From NCBI GenBank assembly GCA_009840225.1, contig VXOE01000271.1:6606-70605 (forward strand): 64,000 bases of DNA, given 5' to 3'. The notes beneath the pieces are model-generated. The model was given only the letters and a program-made list of their open reading frames with translations. It was not told the DNA's origin and ran no database searches. Below, piece after piece: positions 38,501-46,333 of this stretch. Each line of letters begins with the position of its first letter. Position 1 is the first letter of the stretch. Made by a program: the position numbers and the translations under genes. This stretch comes from Caldilineaceae bacterium SB0662_bin_25. GTDB lineage: Bacteria > Chloroflexota > Anaerolineae > Caldilineales > Caldilineaceae.

Positions 38501-39107
38501 GGTCGCGGACGTGCGGGCCGGGGACGCAGATGCCCAGCGGGAGCTGGCCAGGGTCAAAGCGCGGCAGCGGAGCCTGAATGCGTCGCGGCGGCGGCGTCTG
38601 GCTGAACTGGCGGCAGAGGCGGATCAGGTGCGCGGCGGCGAGGTTGAGTTTATCACGCACGCGCTGGTCGTGCCGGCAAGCGATCCGGAGATTGTCGAGC
38701 AGTTCGACGTGCAGGTGGAGAAGGTGGCGATGGAGGTTGCGACCTCCTTTGAGGAGAGCCGCGGCGCGCGCGTGCAGGATGTTTCGCGACCTTATCTGGC
38801 GCGCCGCGCCGGCCTGCCCGACTGGCCGGGGTTCGACATCCTGTCCGTGAGGCCTGGGGACGAGGCCCGCAGCATCGAGGTCAAGGGCCGGGCCCGGGCG
38901 GGCCCAGTTGAGATGACCGACAACGAATGGGCCAGGGCCTGCAACCTGCGCGACGACTACTGGTTGTACGTTGTTTTTGACTGCGCGACGTCGCACCCGC
39001 GGCTCATCCGCGTGCGTGACCCGTTCGACAAGCTGCTGGCCAACAGTCGCTCGTCGAATTCGGTTACCGTCAACGTTGAGGCGCTCTATGGCGCTGCGGA
39101 AGCGTAA
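35526..39107 (+). CDS. HTH(XRE)-SNF2 helicase-DUF3883 fusion protein
   Basis: N-terminal [30 protein letters not shown]2 motifs [56 protein letters not shown]. C-terminal GFDILSV...IEVKGR...[21 protein letters not shown] is a DUF3883-type nuclease-like fold. Confidence 0.9.
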   Translation: [1193 protein letters not shown]

Positions 39108-39120
39108 TGGGAGGGACAAC

Positions 39121-39456
39121 ATGGCCGCAAGACAGCCGCGTTACAGCAAAGAGGAGTTCGCCCAGCGCGGCCAGGCACTTTACGAGAAGTGCGTGAGGGC
39201 GCAGGTGGAAAGAGGCAACCGCGGGCGGATCGTAGCAGTTGACATCGAGACGGGTGAGTTCGAGGTGGGAGACGATGCGGTAGCCGCCTCCAGCCGGCTC
39301 CTGGCGCGCTGTCCGGATGCGCAGCCGTGGTGTGTGCGCATCGGGTACCGGGCGATGCACCGGTTTGGGCAGTTGCATGGCAGCGGCGCGCGAGGGTTGC
39401 GGGGCGGGTCAACGCCGAGCCACTCTATGCGGCTGCGGAATAGTAGAGGGAGATAA
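39121..39456 (+). CDS. DUF5678-like small protein
   Basis: GRIVAVDIETGEFEVGDDAVAASSRLLARCPDAQPWCVRIGYRAMHRFG parallels 26038-26355. A retropepsin-like gene follows 5 nt downstream. Confidence 0.5.
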   Translation: MAARQPRYSKEEFAQRGQALYEKCVRAQVERGNRGRIVAVDIETGEFEVGDDAVAASSRLLARCPDAQPWCVRIGYRAMHRFGQLHGSGARGLRGGSTPSHSMRLRNSRGR

Positions 39457-39460
39457 AGAA

Positions 39461-39844
39461 ATGGGGGTAACACAAGTAACAGTCCTTATCCGCAATCCGG
39501 CCGAGCCGGACAGAACATGGGAAGGACTATTCCTTGTCGATACCGGCGCGATCGATTCGCTGGTTCCCAGGCCGCAATTGGAGGCCATCGGTCTCAGGCC
39601 CAAGGGGCAGCGTGTATACGGGCTGGCAGACGGCAGCGAAATCCGGCTCGACATCACGACTGCAGACATAGAGTTTATGGGTGAAATCGTCGGTGGGACG
39701 ATTGTGTTTGGCGCGGAAGACGCGGAGCCGCTGCTGGGGGTGACCGCGCTGGAATCGGTGGGCATAGAGGTCGATCCGCGTAATCAGACACTCAAGAGGT
39801 TGCCGACGACGCGACTCAAATTCCTAGGAACTAGCCAGGGTTGA
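39461..39844 (+). CDS. Retropepsin-like (clan AA) aspartyl protease
   Basis: 127 aa with LFLVDTGAIDSLVP (DTGA active-site motif) and C-terminal LLGVTALESVGIEVDP. Confidence 0.6.
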   Translation: MGVTQVTVLIRNPAEPDRTWEGLFLVDTGAIDSLVPRPQLEAIGLRPKGQRVYGLADGSEIRLDITTADIEFMGEIVGGTIVFGAEDAEPLLGVTALESVGIEVDPRNQTLKRLPTTRLKFLGTSQG

Positions 39845-39866
39845 TTGACCTTGTGGAGGTATCGTG

Positions 39867-41222
39867 ATGGAGAACAAACGAGATCACATTTTTTTGAGTT
39901 ACGCTACTGAGGATTGGCCATTTTGTGAGTGGCTCGGCCGCCGGCTCGCTGCGGAAGGGTACGCCATATGGTGCGACCGACTGAAGATGCTGGGGGGAGA
40001 GAATTGGCCTAATGATATTGAGATCGCGATAGCCGAACGAACATTTCGGATGCTTGCACTAATGTCGCGGGCGTCGATGCGCAAGCCCAATCCACAGGGG
40101 GAATGGCAAAAGGCTAGAGCCATGGGGGCTAAGTTAGGAGTTGAAGATTTCCTTATTCCATTAAATGTTGAAGGTCTTCGATCTGATGAGATTATATGGA
40201 ATTTTCAAACAATCAATTACATCAGTTTTTCACATAGTTGGTCCGATGGTCTCGCCGCCGTACTGAAAAAACTCCACTCGGTCTCGGCACCCAGAGTTTT
40301 GAAGGAAGGACGACGGCTCGCAATAGAATCAACTTTCATGAAGACAGCCATCCGCGAAGAATCTGAAATATTGGTGAGCAACTGCTTTGAGATTATTCAG
40401 ATACCTCGCTACTTGCGCATATATAGCGTTAATGCCAGTCCTATCTCCAAGAGTGAGGGACACGAATTGCGAAAGGAGTGGGCATGCAGTGATGTTACGC
40501 CGTCTACAGTATTGGCATTCCATGATCCGCCGACTGACGTTGCTGCGAGGCATAATTTCCAATACGTCAAGCAGGTTGCTTGGCGCGATGCCATTAAAGT
40601 GGATGGCATTGACTCTCGCGACCTTGTGGTCAGGCTTATTCGAAGATGCCTTGATAGACTCATGACAGAATTCGGATTGAAATATTCCGAAGCCAGCGGA
40701 AATTTCTTTCTTCCCCGTGGTCTTCTACATAACGACCGTGTCCCGGTTACCCTTCCGAATGGGAGGAAAAGCTGGTTCTCTGGAGTCGGTGAACGCAAGT
40801 ATTCAACCGCGAAAGGTGGAGAGGTTTACAGATACCATCTGAGCCCTTCGTTTGACATTGTGCGTGAAGATAATGAACCCACTGCGCTGTTTTTGCGAAA
40901 TCGAGTCCATCTGACCGACAGTAACGGTAAGGAACTGGAAAGACGTAAGATTCCATCGCGACGTAAGCATTTGTGCAGAAGCTGGTTCAATCGAGAGTGG
41001 TGTGTTCGAACTCTCGGCATTGCACAAATGCTCGCCAATGATGATATGCATATCCGATTTGGACCAGAGGGAGAGCAGCAGCTTGTCATCGGTGCTGAGC
41101 CAGTTGCAATGGAGGTTTCTCACAGGATCTGTGACGAACTTGTGGGTGAAATCGATGAAAGCTACACGACATGGTATTCGGGAGAAGAAGCAGGATCTGA
41201 TGATTTCAACGAGGAAGAGTGA
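39867..41222 (+). CDS. TIR-APAZ protein (SPARTA-type partner of short pAgo)
   Basis: N-terminal TIR motif IFLSYATEDWPFCEWLGRRLAAEGYAIWCDR. ~450 aa, immediately upstream of a short pAgo. Size, order and N-terminus match the SPARTA architecture. Confidence 0.8.
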   Translation: MENKRDHIFLSYATEDWPFCEWLGRRLAAEGYAIWCDRLKMLGGENWPNDIEIAIAERTFRMLALMSRASMRKPNPQGEWQKARAMGAKLGVEDFLIPLNVEGLRSDEIIWNFQTINYISFSHSWSDGLAAVLKKLHSVSAPRVLKEGRRLAIESTFMKTAIREESEILVSNCFEIIQIPRYLRIYSVNASPISKSEGHELRKEWACSDVTPSTVLAFHDPPTDVAARHNFQYVKQVAWRDAIKVDGIDSRDLVVRLIRRCLDRLMTEFGLKYSEASGNFFLPRGLLHNDRVPVTLPNGRKSWFSGVGERKYSTAKGGEVYRYHLSPSFDIVREDNEPTALFLRNRVHLTDSNGKELERRKIPSRRKHLCRSWFNREWCVRTLGIAQMLANDDMHIRFGPEGEQQLVIGAEPVAMEVSHRICDELVGEIDESYTTWYSGEEAGSDDFNEEE

Positions 41223-41229
41223 AGACGGT

Positions 41230-42735
41230 ATGCAGAGAGAATTAACGCTCCTATCTGAACCGACTCTAGAATTTCGGTACGGCCAGCAATTGTCCGACCC
41301 ACGAGACGGACTCTCACTTTTTGGCCCGTACGATGCAGACTTGCCTAGTCATCCCGGGGCACTGACCTATGGTGTTGTTGGTACATCGGAGGGGTTAGAT
41401 CAATTCGCGGCATGGTCGCGCGCGATGCTCCGATCATGGACGCATGCCCCAAAGGGACGTCACCGCTTGTGGCCCCCATATCCGGGATTCCAAGCGGCGT
41501 TTGCCTGTAACTGGCATAGTGAACCTGCTTGGCGTCGAGTGCTGGACAGTCACACATTGAGCGACTTAGCGCGACGGCATGACCCGTATGAAAGAGTCTA
41601 TTCTGTTGTTGAAGAATATCTTGAGGCCTTCAAAGAACTGGAGAAGCTCGATCAGCGCATCAATGTCATGGTTTGCATAGTGCCTGACGAGATCTATAAG
41701 ACTTGTCGGATCAAGTCGCGTGTGTCGAATCCAACTGGCGAAAACGTTTCAAGCAAGCGAATCAGGGAGCGCAAGAGCGGCCAACTTGATATGTTCTCGA
41801 CGTATGCGCCGGAGCAGTACGAACTCTCACTTGATTTTCGGCGTCAGATCAAGGCGCGGGCGATGGCGTATGGCGTTCCGATTCAGATAATTCGCGAATC
41901 TACTCTGCGGCTAAGTGACGAAACTCCGTTCGGCCAAAGACAGCTAACTCCACTATCCCATCGCATGTGGAACCTAACCAGTGCACTTTACTACAAGGGA
42001 GGGGGTAAACCGTGGCGGCTTGCCACAGCACGGGAAGGTGTGTGCTATATAGGGCTCGCATTTCGACGACGCGATGCCGAAGGCGGACCTCAAACTGCGG
42101 CATGTGCAGCGCAGATGTTCCTTGATGATGGCGATGGCATAGTATTTTTGGGGAATTATGGGCCATGGTACTCGCCCAAGACCAGGCAGTTTAGACTTAC
42201 GGCTGAGGCAGCGCATGATTTGCTGGAAGGAGCCTTGGAGACCTATGCGCAGTTGCACGGAAAGGCATTAACAGAAGTCTTTCTACATTCTCGGTCCGAA
42301 ATCAGCGCCGAAGAATTTGAAGGATACCGCTCTGCCGCACCTGCCAGTATCAAAATTGTCGGTGTTCGAGTGCGGCCTTGGCGTGACGGTCCCAGGCTCT
42401 ACCGGCCAGACAAGTCCTGGCCGGTGATCCGAGGCACATTTTGGCAGCACTCACCTACGAGAGGATATCTCTTCGGTACGGGGTTCAAGCCAAGGCTCGG
42501 CACCTACGACGGATGGGAAACGCCGGTACCTCTTCAAATGGACGTTCAACATGGTGATGCGAATGTGACTGAGGTAGCGCGCGACATCCTCGGATTAACA
42601 AAACTTAATTACAACGGATGTAATGCTGGCGACTCTCAGCCGGTTACAGTCAAGTTTTCTGATGCAGTGGGCGAGATTCTGGTTAGTAACCCGACGGTGA
42701 CTGACCGGCAACCTACGTTCAGGTATTACATCTGA
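41230..42735 (+). CDS. Short prokaryotic Argonaute (MID-PIWI)
   Basis: 501 aa. The N-terminus LSEPTLEFRYGQQLSDPRDGLSLFGPYD...YGVVGTSEGL...WPPYPGFQAAFACNW...VMVCIVPDEIYKTCR and PIWI-type ALYYKGGGKPWRL resemble characterised short pAgos, from memory of MapAgo-like sequences. Confidence 0.8.
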   Translation: MQRELTLLSEPTLEFRYGQQLSDPRDGLSLFGPYDADLPSHPGALTYGVVGTSEGLDQFAAWSRAMLRSWTHAPKGRHRLWPPYPGFQAAFACNWHSEPAWRRVLDSHTLSDLARRHDPYERVYSVVEEYLEAFKELEKLDQRINVMVCIVPDEIYKTCRIKSRVSNPTGENVSSKRIRERKSGQLDMFSTYAPEQYELSLDFRRQIKARAMAYGVPIQIIRESTLRLSDETPFGQRQLTPLSHRMWNLTSALYYKGGGKPWRLATAREGVCYIGLAFRRRDAEGGPQTAACAAQMFLDDGDGIVFLGNYGPWYSPKTRQFRLTAEAAHDLLEGALETYAQLHGKALTEVFLHSRSEISAEEFEGYRSAAPASIKIVGVRVRPWRDGPRLYRPDKSWPVIRGTFWQHSPTRGYLFGTGFKPRLGTYDGWETPVPLQMDVQHGDANVTEVARDILGLTKLNYNGCNAGDSQPVTVKFSDAVGEILVSNPTVTDRQPTFRYYI

Positions 42736-42969
42736 CCAGCTATTCCAGGGACTCACGTTGTCCACGTATCCACCATAGCACATGTGGTCCAGTTTTTGGG
42801 GCCAAGCTCGCAGCGCCTAAGAGAGTTCGCACAAGCCCCATTCCCTGATGGGTATTTCGGTAGCGATCAGACTTCTCTGTGTGGTTACTCTAGATTGGTA
42901 GGAGGATAGTAGCATGGACCCTGTGACATTCTTACAGCACACAGATGGAGGTCGATTGGAAGAGACAAC

Positions 42970-43335
42970 ATGAGCCAACTCGGTTTGCTGACCGGCATTT
43001 ACGCTGATGTCGAGACGTACGGGGCGCTGATAGACAGGGTAATTGACCGCCTGGGGCGGGGGCAGGTTGACCCGACCGAGCCGGACCAGAAGAGGCTGGC
43101 GCAACTTTTTGTTGATGCAAGCGATCAAGGTCTGGCGTCGCAGTCCCTGAAAGCGTTGATGTTGGACAGCCTGCTCAGGACAAGCACTGCTGAACCTATG
43201 GCAGACTTGAAGCTGCTAGGTGAACGTCTTCAGAGCGGTGATGTGGATCATGCGTTTCTGAAGCAGATCGAGGAACTCGCAAGACAGCTGGAACAGAAGC
43301 GGGTGGACATTGCGCGTCAGATACGGGGCTGTTGA
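42970..43335 (+). CDS. Hypothetical 121-aa protein
   Basis: ORF only; predicted helical; no motif recognised. Its stop overlaps an ATG (ATGA at 43333-43337). Confidence 0.4.
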   Translation: MSQLGLLTGIYADVETYGALIDRVIDRLGRGQVDPTEPDQKRLAQLFVDASDQGLASQSLKALMLDSLLRTSTAEPMADLKLLGERLQSGDVDHAFLKQIEELARQLEQKRVDIARQIRGC

Positions 43336-43457
43336 TGACCATGAGACTCTTGATAGGGCTATTGGGGAATCTACTGGAATGGGCGCCGAAAGGTTATGAG
43401 GCTTGGAAGGTAAAGCAGCTTGAGACTTTACGTGCGATCATTGACGTGGCGTTTTGA
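43335..43457 (+). CDS. Possible 40-aa peptide
   Basis: ATG overlaps the preceding stop. Reads MTMRLLIGLLGNLLEWAPKGYEAWKVKQLETLRAIIDVAF. Below the ORF-track size threshold, with no further support. Confidence 0.2.
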   Translation: MTMRLLIGLLGNLLEWAPKGYEAWKVKQLETLRAIIDVAF

Positions 43458-43571
43458 ACGGCGCGCGCCCAAGGCAGCGGCACTCGAGTCCGTGGTGACT
43501 GAAGCTAGTCGGCGTAGTCAGATGCGTAAGAGATTGTCGGCAACTAGACATAAGGGGTATAGAGAGAGGGT

Positions 43572-45299
43572 ATGAATTCGCCTGCTGTCACTTTTCAGAC
43601 CGTCACCTTTTCAGACGGGACTGTAGTTGAACTTGAAGAATCTGACGTTATGGTTCTCGTCGGCCCGCACAATGCGGGCAAAAGTCTTGCGTTAACTGAA
43701 CTCGAAGGGCACTTTAGCGGCTTGGTAGGATCCAAGGTTGTTTCGACGGCCTCAATTCGTAAGACTGGATCAAAGGAAGCGTTCACTAAATGGGTTGAAA
43801 GACATGTGCGAATTGAACCCCAGGGCTCCCATTGGACATACTCTGCGTTTGGGAACAGTCTTTATACCCCTAATCCACCAGATCAATTGTGGCCTCAACA
43901 CATTCAGTCTTTCAATCGATTGTTCTGTAAAAGGATTGCGACTGAAACCCGTATAACGGATAGCAATCCTGTTGAAGCAATTGATATCTTGGCTGGCATG
44001 CCCATACATCCTATTCAAATGATGTTCAAGAATGTCGAACTTGAACTAAAGATAAGCGAATACTTTCGGCGAGCCTTTGGCAAGGACATCATTCTTGATC
44101 GAGCGTCCGGAGCGAACTGGCATTTGCTGGTGGGCGACCGCTTGACACCTCTAGAGGGAGAAGATCGAATATCAGATGCCTACCTAAGTCGAGTTCGCCT
44201 CTCCACCGTACAGTTGAATCAGCAGGGAGACGGGATGAGAAGTTTCGCTAGTGTGATCATGCACCTCCTTGCTCCGACAACTTTCACTCTCCTTATGCTC
44301 GATGAGCCGGAGGCATTTCTACATCCCCCTCAAGCTCGTCTTCTCGGAGAAATCATTGCTACTCAAAAGTCTCCCCGCGCGCAACTTTTCTTGGCTACAC
44401 ATAGCCCCGATGTGCTCCAAGGCCTAATCAATGTTGCTACTGAGCATCTGCGTCTCTTGAGAATGCAACGTGACGGCAACGTAAATCGAATCAAGGAACT
44501 GGATAAGGAATTCGTAAAGGAAATCAGTCGTGATCCTTTGATGAAGCACTCCTCGGTTCTGTCTGGGCTTTTTCACAAAAGAGTGATTGTCTGCGAAGGA
44601 GATGCAGATTGTATGTTTTATGGCTCAATTCTCGACCTGACAGAGATTCACGGAGAGACGCATCCCGACGTTTTGTTTGTTCACGGCGGCGGCAAAGACC
44701 GGTTGGCCAAACTTGCAAAAACGCTGATTGCCCTTGACGTGCCGGTCGATATTGTCGCTGATATGGACCTCCTGAATGACGAGAATATTTTTAGGGCCAT
44801 CGTTGAGGCGCTCGATGGTGATTGGGATGTCGTGAAGCCGATGGCTAGAGCCATAAAAAAAGCGATCGAAGAGCACAAACCTTGGTTGAACGCTAACGAG
44901 ATTAAGAAAGGTATTGTGGAAATTCTGGACCGGCTGCCGTCTACAGGAGAGTTTCCGGAACGACAGCAGTCTGAGATAAGGAAGCTTTTCCGCAAAGCAT
45001 CTCCGTGGGATGCTATCAAATCAGGGGGACAGGCCGCCCTTCCCCCGGGCGAAACAACTCGAAAGTTTCAAGAATTGCGAGAGTTTTGCAGCCAAATGGG
45101 CTTATGGATTGTACCAGTCGGCGAGCTGGAGGGTTTCTGCAAGTCCATTGGAGGGCACGGACCCCGTTGGGTGCGGCAAGTGATCGAGGAGCGGGATCTC
45201 GCGACCGATCAAGAACTTGAAAGCGCCCGCAAGTTTGTTAAGCAAGTATGGGAAAGTAGGCGTTCCTATGCTATGGGGGACACGGCGCAAGGGATTTAG
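43572..45299 (+). CDS. ABC-type ATPase fused to a Toprim/DUF4435-like domain (OLD/PARIS-like)
   Basis: Walker A LVGPHNAGKSLAL, Q-loop/signature region LNQQGDGMRSF, Walker B LLMLDEPEAFLHPPQ, H-loop LATHSPDVL. C-terminal VIVCEGDADCMFY ... VDIVADMDLL carries the Toprim Glu and DxD. Confidence 0.8.
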   Translation: MNSPAVTFQTVTFSDGTVVELEESDVMVLVGPHNAGKSLALTELEGHFSGLVGSKVVSTASIRKTGSKEAFTKWVERHVRIEPQGSHWTYSAFGNSLYTPNPPDQLWPQHIQSFNRLFCKRIATETRITDSNPVEAIDILAGMPIHPIQMMFKNVELELKISEYFRRAFGKDIILDRASGANWHLLVGDRLTPLEGEDRISDAYLSRVRLSTVQLNQQGDGMRSFASVIMHLLAPTTFTLLMLDEPEAFLHPPQARLLGEIIATQKSPRAQLFLATHSPDVLQGLINVATEHLRLLRMQRDGNVNRIKELDKEFVKEISRDPLMKHSSVLSGLFHKRVIVCEGDADCMFYGSILDLTEIHGETHPDVLFVHGGGKDRLAKLAKTLIALDVPVDIVADMDLLNDENIFRAIVEALDGDWDVVKPMARAIKKAIEEHKPWLNANEIKKGIVEILDRLPSTGEFPERQQSEIRKLFRKASPWDAIKSGGQAALPPGETTRKFQELREFCSQMGLWIVPVGELEGFCKSIGGHGPRWVRQVIEERDLATDQELESARKFVKQVWESRRSYAMGDTAQGI

Positions 45300-45334
45300 C
45301 GCAAGGGTGAGCAAACTTAGAGAGGCAATCAAGA

Positions 45335-46333
45335 ATGCTCGAGCATATTTCAAAGATACTTGCTACTGAAAAACTATTGGACTATCTCGCCAGCGGCATT
45401 GGGGCGACTGCCGGCCCTATCTTTCGTCCTTGGCAGGCATACATGGAGGGTCATGCGAAACGCATTTCCGCCCGGGCTGATGCCGATGCTTTGGCGATCA
45501 TTGCGGAGGCTCAAGCCGATGCACGTCAGTATTTGATCGCGCCGGGTGCAGATGTACAAGGGGCGGTAGAAATCACCCACGAAAACATCATGCAGCGAAT
45601 CGAATTCCAGGAGAGGAAGCGTCTCGCCAATATCAGGTCGGTCGTGGAGAGTGCTGCGGAAGAACTGGGCGAAAAGGAAGTAGTCGATCACGAACCGGAT
45701 CATGATTGGACCGCGCGCTTCTTCGACTGTGTGCAGGACGTATCGTCTGAGCATATGCAGAAGCTATGGGCTAAAGTCCTATCCGGGGAAGTCGAAAGCC
45801 CTGGGCGGACCTCGCTCCGAACTCTGGATACCCTCCGAAACATGACGAAAAGAGATGCCGAGCTTTTCGATGAATTCGCCGGCTACGTTATTGGAGGCAA
45901 GTTTGTGTTCAACGACGATCATTTTGTGCAACGCCTCGGCGCTATGAAACCCAAATACCTACTGCACCTTCAGGATTGCGGTTTGGTAATCATTGCACCG
46001 TTTTTGAGGTGGACTGGAACATTCGGGGATGGGGAGAGATCGTTTTTTCTCTATCAGGGTGGCGCTCTGCTGATCGAGAAAGAGAAAGGCGCTTCAGATA
46101 AGTTGGAGATTCCCATAGTCTCGCTCACAGCCGCTGGCAAAGAACTTTTCCAGATTGTCCAAGGGTCAGTACAAAAGGCTTACTTACAAGACTTCGCTAC
46201 CTTTCTTCAAAATAGGGGCTGCCAATTGTATCTCGTCGATGAAGTAGTAAATTTGCCTGAAGGCGGGTTTAACTACACCAGTTGCGAGTTAATTGAGCCA
46301 AGACCCATACAATCAGGAATGCCGACCTTATGA
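45335..46333 (+). CDS. DUF2806-like protein
   Basis: DWTARFFDCVQDVSSEHMQKLWAKVLSGEVESPGRTSLRTLDTLRNMTKRDAELFDEF matches my recollection of the DUF2806 core. Its stop overlaps the methylase ATG (ATGA at 46330-46333). Confidence 0.55.
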   Translation: MLEHISKILATEKLLDYLASGIGATAGPIFRPWQAYMEGHAKRISARADADALAIIAEAQADARQYLIAPGADVQGAVEITHENIMQRIEFQERKRLANIRSVVESAAEELGEKEVVDHEPDHDWTARFFDCVQDVSSEHMQKLWAKVLSGEVESPGRTSLRTLDTLRNMTKRDAELFDEFAGYVIGGKFVFNDDHFVQRLGAMKPKYLLHLQDCGLVIIAPFLRWTGTFGDGERSFFLYQGGALLIEKEKGASDKLEIPIVSLTAAGKELFQIVQGSVQKAYLQDFATFLQNRGCQLYLVDEVVNLPEGGFNYTSCELIEPRPIQSGMPTL

